Positions 14,689 to 29,093 of a stretch of 64,000 nt of DNA are shown one piece after another. Position 1 is the stretch's first letter. The number at the start of each line of letters is the position of its first letter. The notes below the pieces were generated by a model. The model searched no databases, was not told the origin of the DNA, and was given only the letters and a program-made list of their open reading frames with translations. The stretch lies in NCBI RefSeq assembly GCF_009914755.1, contig NC_060939.1; one strand, given 5' to 3'. Source of the stretch: the human T2T-CHM13v2.0 reference genome, Homo sapiens. The translations under genes were made by a program, and so were the position numbers.

Positions 14689-15672
14689 GTACTCAGAGAT
14701 TTGATGTGAACACATTAGCCACACATTAGTTATCTTCTGCATAGTTCTGTACGATATTGGTGGGTGGAAATTGGAATAATCCAGGATGTGTCAGTTGATC
14801 GATGACACAGGTGTTGGTTCCCGAGCAGCTGAAGGGAGTGAACACAAACAGGGAATCATAAGTAGGGCATCTGAGCAGAATCAAGTCTGGAAAGAGAGGC
14901 AGCTCTTTTCAGGAAACTCACTGGCATGAGGCTCAGTTTGATGGGTCACTGGAACAAGAGTGTGAGAGTGAGCAAGAGAGTAAATCTCATTCTGAAAGTT
15001 GGTGTAGTGAAGGCTCTGAGGCAGGAAGCCCAGATGCTGCCCCTGTGGGCTGATGGCCATGTGCTGCGAAGTGCCCTGAAGCCAGTAGTTAGGGATCTAC
15101 TTCATGGGCCTGTGGCCACGTTTCCATCTTCCCTCATCGCAGGTCTCTTCTAAATCTCTGCCAGGTGCCCCCAGGTGGAAGTCACTTACCACAGCCCTAG
15201 CTAAGTTAGGGCAGTGTTCACCTTCCCATGGTCTGTCTGGCTTTTCTCAGCCACGCTGGTAAGCCCTGGCTTTGTCACAGTCATCTTAGAAATAGCAGTG
15301 TCTGGAGACAGCATCCATCCTAGAAACAGCTTTCTCCTGCAGAAGTGAGAGACAGAGCTTCCCCCTGGGGCCCAGGGGAAACTGAAGCAAAGGGAATGTG
15401 GAGGTGCTGGTGCTTGTTTCAGGTTTCCGCTCTTGCAAGGCCCGTGAGGGATTGTGGGGACAGGACTTGCTGCAAAGCCCTGTCTCTGCATTGACTCAGA
15501 GGATCCTCATTGAGATGAGATTTCCCCGACTTCCTTGGTAAAGCAGCATGAGCACGTTATTTTATGCCATTTAATTTAAAATGATGCAAGCACACATTTT
15601 GTAGGAGAGGTGAAATCTGTGTCTGGGGACAGCCCCTGACAGACAGGGTGGCATATGGCGACATCTGTGTGG

Positions 15673-16106
15673 CAGGTCTGGTGGGAGCCATGGAAGGACC
15701 AGGGCAGGGCACGCACCCTCCTAACTGAGGTCTGGTGGGAGCCATGGAAGGACCAGGGCAGGGCACGCACCCTCCTAACTGAGGTCTGGTGGGAGCCATG
15801 GAAGGACCAGGGCAGGGCAGGCACCCTCCTAACTGAGGTCTGCTGGGAGCCATGGAAGGACCAGGGCAGGGCACGCACCCTCCTAACTGAGGTCTGGTGG
15901 GAGCTATGGAAGGACCAGGGCAGGGCACGCACCCTCCTAACTGAGGTCTGCTGGGAGCCATGGAAGGACCAGGGCAGGGCATGCACCCTCCTAACTGAGG
16001 TCTGCTGGGAGCCATGGAAGGACCAGGGCAGGGCACACACCCTCCTAACTGAGGTCTGCTGGGAGCCATGGAAGGACCAGGGCAGGTTACGCACCCTCCT
16101 AACTGA
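15673..16106. repeat. 54-bp minisatellite (VNTR), 8 copies
   Basis: Unit gaggtctg(g/c)tgggagccatggaaggaccagggcagggcacgcaccctcctaact; 18-aa periodicity in overlapping ORFs. Confidence 0.97.
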
Positions 16107-16127
16107 TCTCTACTTTGGCTTTCTCAG

Positions 16128-16320
16128 GATGGGCCTCCTCCAGGCCTAGGCCGAGTGATTGGTGAGCTGGGAGAGGACGGGTGGATAAGAGTCCAGTGGG
16201 ACACAGGCAGCACCAACTCCTACAGGATGGGGAAAGAAGGAAAATACGACCTCAAGCTGGCAGAGCTGCCAGCCCCTGCACAGCCCTCAGCAGAGGATTC
16301 GGACACAGAGGACGACTCTG
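16128..16320 (+). pseudogene. HERC2-like exon (~37), MIB/HERC2 domain (DGPPPGLG...[12 protein letters not shown])
   Basis: tctcag|GAT...TCTG|gtggg, 193 nt. Confidence 0.95.
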
Positions 16321-17025
16321 GTGGGTGACTCAGGAAGGTGTTTAGTCCAAGGCAGCCTACAAACTGTCCAGTTGCTGGGTGCTGCCACTGCCATCTGGGC
16401 CTTAGAATGGGATGTCAGGACACACCTGCAGCTGGCGCTCTGTCCTCGGAACCTGTAATTTAAATAAGCTCCCAGGCACCTCCGATGCAGGTGTGTGGAG
16501 TGACTGTGGGATCCGGCGATCTGGCTGGAACTGACTTTCTGCATTTTCCTCTCATGTGTGCACCCGCCCCTCTTTGAGAATGTGGTGGCCAGGTGGGGGC
16601 AGCTGCATCACCAGTGAGTCTCATGTGGTTGGTGCTGAGCCTGCATCTGAGCGAGTGAGCCGAGGCCTGGTGGAATTGCCCTGCGGTCTCGGTCCATCGC
16701 GTCCTCCTCCAGTGAGAGCCCCTGCCCAAGCACACCCCACCTGCCACCTGCCTTTACCTTTCCTCTGTGGTCCCTGACTCTGAACTCTTCATGTAATGTG
16801 GAGTTAGTCAGCACTTTATCGCTTCTAGGGAAGCAGAGGTGAGAATTTAGGGGTGGACCAAGAAAGCTAGATCCTATCTGTGGAGATCCAGGTTGTGGGA
16901 GGAGGTTTCGTGACATTTCTTAGCTGTTCCTAAAACACGTGAAGCTTCACATGGTTGGGCTTGGTAAGACCATCCAAGAGGCTGGGGCTGCCAATATAAT
17001 TTGTAATTTTGATTATTTTTTTTAG

Positions 17026-17208
17026 AAGCCGAACAAACTGAAAGGAACATTCACCCCACTGCAATGATGTTTACCAGCACTATTAACTTACTGCAGACTC
17101 TTTGTCTGTCTGCTGGAGTTCATGCTGAGATCATGCAGAGTGAAGCCACCAAGACTTTATGCGGACTGCTGCGAATGTTAGTGGAAAGCGGAACGACGGA
17201 CAAGACAT
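17026..17208 (+). pseudogene. HERC2-like exon (~38), AEQTERN...TDKT
   Basis: tttag|AAG...ACAT|gtatg, 183 nt. Confidence 0.94.
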
Positions 17209-17304
17209 GTATGGAATGAGAGATCGAGGGCCCAGGGAGTCAGCGCTGGGGGCCGCACGCTTGTCGTGTCTGGGTGTGCATGTGGGTGGGTGTGGATGTG
17301 TGTG

Positions 17305-18100
17305 GATTCCTTTCCTGTGGCTGCTGTAACAAAGTATACAAACTTGGGGACTTACACAGTAGAAATTCTCACGGTTCTGGTGGCTGGAAGGCTGAGATCA
17401 AGGGTAGTTCCTTCTGGGGCTGTGAGGGAGAAGCTGCTTCAGGGCTCTGCCCCAGCTTCTGGAGTTTACTGGTCTCTTTAGCGTTCCTCGGCTTGTAGAG
17501 GTGTCACCCCTATCTCTGCCGTCATCTTCACATGGCATTCTCCCTGTGTGTGAGTCGCCTCCAAATCTCCCCTTTTCATGAGGACATCATTCAACCTCAT
17601 CAAACTGATTACATCCGCAGCGACCCTATTTCCAAACAAGGTCACCTGCCGAGGTACGGTAGGGGTTAGGGCTTCAACATACGAATTTTGCAATTCTGAA
17701 TTCAACCCGTAACACTGGCTTCAAACAACAAATTTGTTCTCTCAGAGTTCTGGAGACCAGAAGTCCCAAATCCAGGTGCGGGCAGGGCCATGCTTCTTCC
17801 ACAGGCTCTAGGGGAAGGTCCTTCCTTACTTTGTCCAGCTTCTGGGAGCTCCAGGCTTCCTTGGTGTTGGGACGCATTGTGCCAGTCTCTGCCTGCGTCT
17901 TCACATGGCCCCTGCCCCTGTGTTCTGCATGTCCTTTTCTGTCTCTGAAAGGACTTTTTCATTGAGTTTCTTTGACTCTAATCCAACATGATGTCACCTA
18001 AATTCTTACCTTAATGACGTCTACAGAGACCTCATTAAATAAGATCATATTCTGAGGTTCCGAATGTATGTGAAGTTGGAGGACAGGCACAGTTTAATCC
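17305..18100 (-). mobile_element. MaLR MLT1 LTR(s)
   Basis: ggctgctgtaacaaa..., ccctatttccaaacaaggtcac, gttctggagaccagaagtcc motifs; probably two nested copies. Confidence 0.75.
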
Positions 18101-18104
18101 ATAA

Positions 18105-19110
18105 AGTGTTTGTGTGTGTGGAGAGTAAGTATGAGAAATGTGAGCTGAGGGAGTGGGGTGAGTGTGCATGTGACTGAGAGTGAGCACGTGTGAGTGTGGG
18201 TGGGTATGTGGGCGTCCTCCAGTGTGTGTGAGAGCATGCGTGTATTAGTGGTGTGCTGGAGCGTCCGCACATATTGATGAGAGTGAGTGTGTTAGCGGTC
18301 GATGGGCAAGTGGCTGAGCGTTTGTGTTGCAAGTGTGATGGTGTGTTTGTAGCATGTGGTTGTGTGGGTGTGTGTATGTCCATGAGAGCATGTGAGTGGG
18401 CAGGTGACTACATTCAGGTGAAGTGGGAGTGAAAGCGTCGGTGCATTGAGCCAATGTGTGTGTGTGAGGGTGAGCACGAGGGAGGCATGAGTGTGAGTGT
18501 GAGGGGATTACTGGGTGTGCGAATGAGACACCCAGTGTAAGTGTAAGTCAGTGAGGGTTGGTGAGTGTGAGGAAGTATGAGTGGGTGGCAGGCACAAGTG
18601 TAAGTGTGCGATTGAGTGTGAGCATTTGTGTAAATGTGTATGAGTGCCTTGTGTCAGTGTGAGCACGAGTGATGTTATTGTGAATGCGTGTGAGTGAATG
18701 TGAGCATTTTGCTTGTGTCAGTGAATGGGAGGTTATAACAGTATAGGTGTGAGTGTAAAGTGAGAAAGTGTGTGGGTAAAGGTGTGAGTGGGTGAGTAAT
18801 CGGTCATTACTAGTGTTGAGGAGTGTGAGTGCATATGTGAGTTTTTGTATGCATTGGGAGGGGTAAGTGTATGTGAGAGTGCATGGGAGTGTGTGTCAGC
18901 TTGCATCTGTTTGTGCATACGTGTGACTGGGATTGTGTGTGTGTTAGTGATTGCGACAGTGGTGTGAGTGCACCTGAAAGTGTGAGGGTGGGTGTATGAG
19001 TGCCCATGAGTGTGTCTGAATAACTTAGTATCAGTGTGAGTGTGAGGATGCATATGAGGGTGTGAGAGTGAGTGTGTGTGTGTGTGTGAGCGCATGTGAG
19101 TGTGCTGAAG
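18105..19110. repeat. Degenerate (TG)/(TGAG)-rich low-complexity tract
   Basis: ~1 kb dominated by gtgtgagt-type motifs. Confidence 0.85.
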
Positions 19111-19904
19111 GAAGGCAGGTGTCCTCATAAGCTTGGATAGCTGAGGGCAGGGTGGGGGAGGTGGGAGGGAGAGCAGGTCCTGTGGGGCTGTGGGCGGGGT
19201 CCCTCAGGGGGCCCAGCCTCCAAGCCTCAGCTTCCATTGAGGGAGTAGTGGAGTCCTGGAGCCAGGCGGAGCAGAGGTGGGCCCACTGGTGCCAGAATCC
19301 AGTGGTGTAAACCTAGTGAAAAACTCATTTTGTTAATGCAGATGCATTAAACTTGGATTGGAAACTGTCTCTACTAAAATTACAAAAAGAGTATTTAAGT
19401 GGTGCAGATTAAATATAACCAAGATTGTGGAGATATTTAAAACACGAAATTAAAAATATAATAGATGCACTGTTGCAAATTACTATTTGAATTATAGATC
19501 ATTTTCCTATTGCCTAGAAACAATGCATAGCTAAAATTCCCTAACTACTTTTACGACACATACTTAGAAGGTTTTAAAAATGCCTGTAGTCCCAGCTATT
19601 CGGCAGGGCAAGGCAGGAGAATCACTTGAGCCCAGGAGTTTTAGACCAGCCTGGGCAACACAGTGAGGGCCCTTCTCTAAAAAAAACAAAAAAAAAAGAA
19701 AACTTCGGAAATGTTTCTTGAACTAACTTAAAAGCCGCCTTCCACTTCTCACTTTGAATTAGTTTGAATTAATTTACAAACTGCAATATATTTTAAAGGA
19801 GCTTATTGTAGAAAATAAGTTGATAAAAAAATAAGGATATATATATCTTTAGGGATTTGTCTTTAGGGACTTGTTACCAAGCATGTCTATTTTCCCTCCC
19901 GCAG

Positions 19905-20086
19905 CTTCTCCAAACAGGCTGGTGTACAGGGAGCAACACCGGAGCTGGTGCACGCTGGGGTTTGTGCAGAGCATCGCTCTCACGCTGCAGGTGTGCGGCG
20001 CCCTCAGCTCCCCGCAGTGGATCACGCTGCTCATGAAGGTTGTGGAAGGGCACGCACCCTTCACTGCCACCTCGCTGCAGAGGCAG
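19905..20086 (+). pseudogene. HERC2-like exon (~39), SPNRLVY...LQRQ
   Basis: ccgcag|CT...CAG|gtaat, 182 nt. Confidence 0.95.
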
Positions 20087-20531
20087 GTAATGTGCTGCCA
20101 GGCAAAACCAGTTCCCTGAGAGAGGCCTCCATGTACTGAAGTTCCCTGCCCTCAGAGTCAGGGGCCTTTATTCCGTAACGAGTGCAGAAAGGGTCTAGAA
20201 GTGACAGGGTAGATTTTCTGGAGGCAAGGGGCAGAGGTCCTTGATAATTGGTAAGTTGCTAACCTTCAGTTTACCTGCTTTTCTCTTAAGTGGTAAATCC
20301 TGCAACTACTTACTCATCTGCTTCACAGAATTTGTAGTGTAATTGTCTTAAGAATTAAACTAAAAATAATTCTTTTTTAATTAAACACATGCATCTGTAA
20401 TGTTGCTTTTTTCTAAAGTCCCTGACAATCCTAATCACTAATCAACTTGAGTGTAATTACCTGGCTGTAAAATAATGAATCTCAAAATTTTCACATGATT
20501 ACTTGCATTATGAGAACAGAAAATAAAGAGA

Positions 20532-20832
20532 GGCTGGGCGCAGTGGCTCATGCCTGTAATCCCAGCACTTTGGGAGGCAGAGGCAGGTGTATCATGAGGT
20601 CAGGAGTTTGAGACCAGCCTGGCCAACATAGTGAAATCCTGTCTCTACTGAAAATCCAAAAAAAATGAGCCGGGCTTGGTGGTGAGTGCCTATAATCCCA
20701 GCTACTCAGGAAGCTGAAGCAAGGAGAATCGCTTGAACCTGGGAGGTGGTGGTTGTAGTGAGCCAAGACCGTGCCACTGCACTCCAGCCTGGGCGACAGT
20801 GCGAGACTCTGTCTCAAAAAAAAAAAAAAAAA
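20532..20832 (+). mobile_element. Alu (AluSg-like)
   Basis: Full-length sense Alu with poly(A). Confidence 0.92.
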
Positions 20833-20903
20833 GAAAATAACAATCTGTAGTTTCCTCATCAGATTTTTTTTAATGCTTGTCATTTTAAATTTTCTTTTAT
20901 CAG

Positions 20904-21051
20904 ATCTTAGCTGTGCATTTGTTGCAAGCAGTCCTTCCGTCATGGGACAAGACCGAAAGGGTGAGGGACATGAAATGCCTCATGGAGAAGCTGTTTGACT
21001 TCTTGGGGAGCTTGCTCACTATGTGCTCCTCTGACGTGCCGTTACTCAGAG
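20904..21051 (+). pseudogene. HERC2-like exon (~40), ILAVHLL...PLLR
   Basis: atcag|ATC...AGAG|gtggg, 148 nt. Confidence 0.94.
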
Positions 21052-21345
21052 GTGGGTGGCCGTCTCCCTTCCCTGTACCCTGGTGAAGAGCGGTGCAGTG
21101 CCGTCACTCAGAGGTGGGTGGCCGTCTCCCTTCCCTGTGTCCTGGTGAAGAGCGGTGCAGTGCCGTCACTCAGAGGTGGGTGGCCGTCTCCCTTCCCTGT
21201 ACCCTGGTGAAGAGCGGTGCAGTGCCGTCACTCAGAGGTGGGTGGCCGTCTCCCTTCCCTGTGTCCTGGTGAAGAGCCGTGTAGTGCCGTCACTCAGAGG
21301 TGAGTGGCCGTCTCCCTTCCCTGTGCCCTGGTGAAGAGTGGTGCA
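21036..21345. repeat. 62-bp minisatellite, 5 copies, spanning the exon ~40 donor site
   Basis: Unit gtgccgt(t/c)actcagaggtgggtggccgtctcccttccctgtaccctggtgaagagcggtgca at 21036, 21098, 21160, 21222, 21284. Confidence 0.97.
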
Positions 21346-21373
21346 GCAGCTTCTCCCCTGGTTTCCTCCTCAG

Positions 21374-21570
21374 AGTCCACGCTGAGGCGGCGCAGGGTGT
21401 GCCCGCAGGCCTCGCTGACTGCCACCCACAGCAGCACACTGGCGGAGGAGGTGGTGGCACTGCTGCACACGCTGCACTCCCTGACTCGGTGGAATGGGCT
21501 CATCAACAAGTACATCAACTCCCAGCTCCGCTCCATCACCCACAGCTTTGCGGGAAGGCCTTCCAAAGGG
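21374..21570 (+). pseudogene. HERC2-like exon (~41), STLRRRR...PSKG
   Basis: ctcag|AG...GGG|gtggg, 197 nt. Confidence 0.94.
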
Positions 21571-21674
21571 GTGGGTTTGTGTTCTCAGAATTAATTTAGT
21601 TGAACAGTAAACCTGTAGGGATTGGGCAGCTCCGTGAGTGTCCCCGGTCGAGCTCGCTGTTTGGTCTGCACTAG

Positions 21675-21905
21675 GCCCAGTTAGATGACTACTTCCCTGA
21701 TTCCGAGAACCCTGAAGTGGGGGGCCTCATGGCGGTCCTGGCTGTGGTTGGAGGCATCGATGGTCGCCTGTGCCTGGGCGGCCAAGTTGTGCACGATGAC
21801 TTTGGAGAAGTCACCATGACTCGCATCACCCTGAAGGGCAAAATCACCGTGCAGTTCTCTGACATGCGGACGTGTCGCGTTTGCCCATTGAATCAGCTGA
21901 AACCA
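21675..21905 (+). pseudogene. HERC2-like exon (~42), AQLDDYF...NQLKP
   Basis: ctag|GCC...CCA|gtagg, 231 nt. Confidence 0.94.
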
Positions 21906-22414
21906 GTAGGTGAACTTGTGCTTAGTTACTGCATGATAAGGGAAATTGACTTTACACTAGAACCGAGCACCAACATCAGCACTTGAAAGAACTTGATTCT
22001 GGTACTTGAAGTTTGCCTTCCAGGAAGCTGTGCGAGCTTGTGCTTCTGTGGTAAGCAGGGCCTGTCTCACAGGGCACTTAAAGCAGTGGTTCGTGTGTAT
22101 TTCAGCCTCAGAGACACGAAGAGGGCTTTAGCAACCTAGAAGGTACCGTGCATCTATGAGGTAGTTCTAATTATTTTAAAATGTGAATTTATGAAGTTTA
22201 CTTTTTATTCAACAACTCAAGTTTTAAAAAAACAAACATGTTTAAACACCTTTAAAAAAACAGCCTTTCTTCATGTAGAAAATGCTTAGTAGTTTTGAGT
22301 GACGTGACTTAATGTAGCAGCTACTGTCATCTTAATCTGTGAATCAAGGATGCACAGGGAGAAGGAGCCATTTACATTATTTTGATGTAGCCCAAGTGCA
22401 ATCTTACTATATAT

Positions 22415-22717
<303 letters not shown>

Positions 22718-23064
22718 TGACTATATTTTCTATAAAGTACTCTTTTTTATTATTATAGGAATATATACATGTTGTAGAAAACTTGAAGTATATAGAAAAT
22801 ATCTGAGAAGATAGTAACCACCACACTGATGTAATTATTGTTGACAGGTTTGTAAAGAAAAATTAATATAGATTATACTTATTATATGTGTAAATCTCTA
22901 TCCTGCCTTTAATGTCATTTTAAAAAATGATTATTCTCAGCTATAAAAAGGCTTACGGGTATGTGTGGCATTTCAGGATTAAGCCCATGGTTTTGATGAC
23001 TTTCAGAACGTTTCATTTGTTAGTCATATTGGCCACACTCTGACAGCTTCTGTGTCCTCTCCAG

Positions 23065-23203
23065 CTCCCTGCCGTGGCCTTTAATGTGAACAACCTGCCC
23101 TTCACAGAGCCCATGCTGTCTGTCTGGGCTCAGTTGGTGAACCTCGCTGGAAGCAAGTTAGAAAAGCACAAAATAAAGAAATCGACTAAACAGGCCTTTG
23201 CAG
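23065..23203 (+). pseudogene. HERC2-like exon (~43), LPAVAFN...QAFA
   Basis: ccag|CTC...GCAG|gtcag, 139 nt. Confidence 0.94.
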
Positions 23204-24504
23204 GTCAGTACATGGCGCTTCTTGATGAAATAGCTGCCGTCTTAAACTCGTGTGGTTTGTACAGTGTTCTTTTATGAGTGAATTCACGGACGTACTAAAG
23301 TCCTGGGGTTCACGTGGGCTCACCATTTGTTGAGTTGCGGTTGGGAATGTAACCCTGTGTTCGTGGTAATGAGTATTTTCGAGTCAGCCTTTGTCGCCAT
23401 GTTCGGAGCCACACTTGAAGAACCCCATGGCTCACACCCTCTTCTCCGTGTCACCCTTTATCCCGGAAGAGAAGTCTGTTCACCTCTTCCCTCCTCCCCT
23501 CCATCCCAGGGCCCTGTGGCCCCGTCACCCTGTTGGACCATGGCTCACAGCCTGTTCTCTGCCGGATCCAGGGGCCTCTGTCCCGGAAGCGCCTGGCTTG
23601 CCTGTGACATTCAGGATGGCTAAGACTGTGACTGTAGCCTGGCTTGGCTTTGCCTTCCTTCGGGTCTAGAAGGCGGTTCTCCTGAGTTTGTTTCCATGTT
23701 TCTAGGGAGCTCTTCTCTCTGCTCATTCTTTATGTCCTGGAAGTCTGTGTGGCTTCACCCATAACTATGGCGTATTCTGCCCAGTCTTCTTGAGTTTTCT
23801 CCCCTCTTGCTCCCACAGACCTACGATTGCTGCTTCAGCATTTATGATGTAAGCACTTTCAACTCTGGATCTCCCATTCACATCTCTGGTTGGAGGTGCA
23901 GTGCATGCAAATCACCACATGTCCGAAATTCAGCTGGCTGGCATTCTCTAGTAGCTGCCGTTTCCCATCGTGGTGAATAAAACTGTCTGCCAGTTAGTTG
24001 AGCCAGTGTCCGAGCGGCACCTGCGGCCCTCCTTCCTTCCCACCCCATGCTCTCTGTGCTGCTTCTGCGGCCTCTGCTATCAGATAAGCCTTGGGCATTG
24101 CTGCGATCTTCATCAGTTAAAGAGCTAGTGGGGCTGACAGATTCTCTCAGAGGAGTCTTAGAAGAAGAGTGGAAGCGGCTGAAACTTCAGCAACTTGGGG
24201 AACATTTGATCATATTAATAGTAGCTAACATGGTTCTAACCGTGTTAAACCCATTGAATCCTGCGTCCTATCAAGTTAGGTGCCTGGAGAGCAGGGAAGG
24301 AAGACCCAGGAGGCAGAAGATGCTTACCCAGAAGCACCGAGTGTAACTCTGGGAAAGGCAAGCCCTTCGTCACGGACAGTGTGTGCGGTCGGCAGATTCC
24401 TGAAGGGCAGAGCGTTACTCGTCGCCATGTGGCGGAGGCTTGCTGCTGGCGAGGAGGGAGTCTGAGCAGGGCACGCCCTTCTCACTGAGTCTTTCCTTCC
24501 GCAG

Positions 24505-24648
24505 GACAAGTGGACCTGGACCTGCTGCGGCGCCAGCAGTTGAAGCTATACATCCTGAAAGCAGGTCGGGCGCTGTTCTCCCACCAGGATAAACTGCGGC
24601 AGATCCTGTCTCAGCCAGCTGTTCAGGAGACTGGAACTGTTCACACAG
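24505..24648 (+). pseudogene. HERC2-like exon (~44), QVDLDLL...TVHT
   Basis: gcag|GA...ACAG|gtgtc, 144 nt. Confidence 0.94.
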
Positions 24649-25216
24649 GTGTCTTTTTAAAAAGTTCTTAAATCTTTATAAGAAGGGCAGTAGAAAGTAG
24701 ACAAAGGAAGTGAATAATCAGTTCATAAAAATGGACATAGGTGGCTTATAAATGTACAAAACAGACACGTGGCCTGCCCAGCAACCACCAACTGTGAATA
24801 AAATTGTCATCGTCATCTTATAAGACAAGACTGAGGGCATCTGGTGGGTGGGGAGGGAAAAAGGTATTTTCATGCCTTCCCATTTAAAGTGTGCTGCATG
24901 GGTCAGCAAGATTGGTGGCACGCAGGTATGTGTTAGAAATGCAGACTCCCAGGCTGCACCCCAGACCAAAGAAATAGAGCCTGTATTGTAACAAGATGAA
25001 CCTAAGCTGGTTCTTCAAATGCGCGTAAAGCCGCACTCCATGAACAGGCTGCTGCTGGGAATTTCAGTTGGTGTAGCCATCTAATGGGCGTCTGAGGAAA
25101 TGAGTTGGACTTTGAAATGCATAGATGTATGTATGTATTTATATACTTTGGCCCAGCAAGTCATTCTGTGGGACTTTATCACACGAAAAGGCATGTAAAG
25201 ATAATGTATTCACCAC

Positions 25217-25697
25217 CTGGGCACAGTGGCTCATGCCTGTAATCCCAGCACTTTGGGAGGCCGAGGCGGGCGGATCACGAGGTCAGGAGATAGAGACCAT
25301 CCTGGCTAACACGGTGAAACCCCATCTCTGCTAAAAATACAAAACATTAGCTGGGCAAGGTGGCAGACGCCTGCAGTTCTAGCTACTCGGGAGGGTGAGG
25401 CAGGAGAATGGCATGAATCTGTGAGGCGGAGCTTGCAGTGAGCTGAGATGGCGCCACTGCACTCCAGCCTGGGCAACAGAGCAAGACTCTGTCTCAAAAA
25501 AAAAAAAAAAAAATTGGCGGGGCATAGTGGTGGCTGCATGTAATGCCAGCTACTTGGGAGGCTGAGGCAGGAGAATCACTTGAACCGGGGGGTGCGGAGG
25601 TTGCCGTGTGTGCGGATTGCAGGGTGCAGATTGTGCCACTGCACTCCAGCCTGGGTGACAGAGTGAGACTTCGTCTCAAAAAAAATAATAAATAAAA
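25217..25697 (+). mobile_element. AluY followed by a second Alu right arm
   Basis: Sense Alu, poly(A), then an additional right monomer. Confidence 0.88.
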
Positions 25698-25839
25698 ATA
25701 ATGTATTCAACAGTGTCGTTATGGCCTCCTTTTTGGTATTGTTTTTGTATTGAAAAACTGTAGACACCAAAATACCCATTCTTATGTTGTGTATCCGTAC
25801 AGTGTGATATCATGGTGCCATTCAAAATGATGGTACATG

Positions 25840-26448
<609 letters not shown>

Positions 26449-27679
26449 TATGTTTATTGCTGTGGAAACATGAAAACAGTAAGTGAACAGAAAAGCACAC
26501 TGCTATGTATATCCGTTTATAGATATGCCATAGTTATCTGTTTAGCAAAACAGTGACCCAGTAATCTTTGGTGGAATTTTGGCTGTCTTTATTTTCTTTA
26601 TATTTCTCTATATTTAGTTTTCTAGAATGAGCTTGTGTTACTTTTAATAGAAAAAAACATTTTTTGATCTCCAACTATTGAAAGACATTATGCTAAGTCT
26701 TTTGCGGAGAAGTCCTTTTCTATGATCATTGCTCTCTAGGGTTTGGATGAGGAGAGGAAGTGAATGCAGATGGCTCTCTTTGTTCTCTGGGGCCAGGGGG
26801 CGGTGAGGCATGTGAGTGGTTCCACAGGCGTCTGGAGCCAGTGGCAGCTGAGCACTGGACGGGCAGCCTTTGAAGGCTGTGGCAGACAGATGCCAGCAGA
26901 CAAGCACTCTGCTGGTGGTGGAGGCAGGAGGAGAGGAGTGAACGTGGTGAGTCTTTGGAAGCACGTTGAGCAGCTCTCCTCTTCTTGGAGCTCAGGGTTT
27001 TTCGATGAGTGGTGGGGCTGAAGCTAGATGGGCAGCTGACATCCTGTTACAGAGTACCTGGGAGACCAGGGTGAAACTTGAGGCCCACTTGGAAAGCTGT
27101 GGTAGGGGCCACATGGTAAGCATTGACCTTCGGGTGATACACCTGCTAGGAAGGTATAGGAGTATCTGAAACAGGAGATGACAGAGATGGAGAATTGCTC
27201 CTGCGTCAGGTGATGAGGGGGAAGGCATGAAAAGGGAAAGAAGGTTCTGGTGGAAGGAAGGTGCCATCCACTGTGATGGTGTAGTCTTGTAGATGATAAC
27301 TTTATGGGGAACCAGCAAAAAGTGGAAGGTGACTGCTGTTTCAAGCTTGAGTTGAGGGAGGAATATTGAGTAGTGTGTTTGAAACAAATAAGCAAGTCCA
27401 GTAGAATGTGGAGTGTGTGCGTTTGCTTCTTAAGAGGAGAGGATGCTATGAAATTAATTTTAAACCTGCTGAGGATGAAAGAAATCAATTGAAAGTATAG
27501 AATCAATTAATAGTAGAGGTCGTAGGGAACATGAAGATTTCCCAGTTGTAGAGATTGGGAGATTGGAGCCTGGGAATTGGATTGGCTGTTCTGTTCTGCA
27601 CTCAGCCCGATGAGCAATTACAGCAGACCTGAATCAGGATGATCAAGTCTGTGCTTTGGGCCGAGCAGGGACTCCGAAC

Positions 27680-27881
27680 AGAGCTAGATTGACAAAACTG
27701 CCATGCACCTGTTTTTGTAAATTTTTATGGGAACACAGGCACACCACTTGTTTACACATCGTCTCTGGATGCTTTTGCTCTGCAATGGCAGAGCTGAGTA
27801 GTTGGGACAGAGACTGTACAGCCCATCAGCCTAAACTATTTACTCTCTGGCCCTTTAAGAGAAAGATTTCCAGCTCCTGGT
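27680..27881. mobile_element. MER58-like DNA transposon
   Basis: cctgtttttgtaaat...ggcagagctgagtagttg...tttactctctggcccttta. Confidence 0.7.
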
Positions 27882-28204
27882 CTAGTTAGTTGAAATTGTC
27901 ACTGAAGAAAACCAGCACATGCAAATGCTGTGAGTACCTGGATGAGTACCTAGATGTGTGAAGTGGGCTTGAGCGCAGTGGATCTCCCTGGGGCTGTGTC
28001 AAACAGAGTCCTAAAGGCTGCACCTAAAGCTACTCATAACAGACAAAAAGCCATCACCCTGAGCACATGTCACATTTGGACTTGGGGTCACTTAATGATC
28101 TCAACAAGGCTTAGCTGGAAAAGCTACAGCTAGAAATATGCACGTGGGATGTGTCTGTGTCAGGGGTTACTGAAGCCGTGAGTGAACATGAAAGAGAGTG
28201 TGTA

Positions 28205-28500
28205 GGTCAGGCATGGTGGCTTACGCCTGTAATCCCAACACTTTGGGATGCCGAGGCGGGTGGATCAGGAGTTGGAGACCAGCCTGGCCAACATGGTGAA
28301 ATCTAATCAACAGCCTGGCCCCATCTATACTAAAAATACAAAAATTAGCTAGGCGTGGTAGCATGTGCCTGTAGTCCCAGCTACAGGGAAGGCTGATGCA
28401 GGAGAATCACTTGAGCCAGGAGGCAGAGGTTGCAGTTTGCCAAGATTGTGCCACTGCACTCCAGCCTGGGCAACAGAGTGAGACTCCATCTCAAGAAAAA
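28205..28500 (+). mobile_element. Alu (AluS)
   Basis: Sense Alu. Confidence 0.88.
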
Positions 28501-28612
28501 GAGAAAGAATCAGACCAAGTGCAGAAATCTGGGAAGGAGCATTTGCTGGCTCTAAGAGACAGATGCACTAATGAAGGACAGAGACCAAAAGCAGGCAGTG
28601 AAAGTGGTTTAG

Positions 28613-29093
<481 letters not shown>

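Noticed and set aside
15557-16149. 164-172 aa repetitive ORFs on both strands
   Set aside because: By-product of a 54-bp (multiple of 3) intronic VNTR; no independent sign of coding.
18045-19128. His/Thr-rich minus-strand ORFs
   Set aside because: Translation of a degenerate (CA)n-type tract.
15673-21345. CRISPR-like arrays
   Set aside because: Head-to-tail minisatellites without unique spacers, in human DNA.
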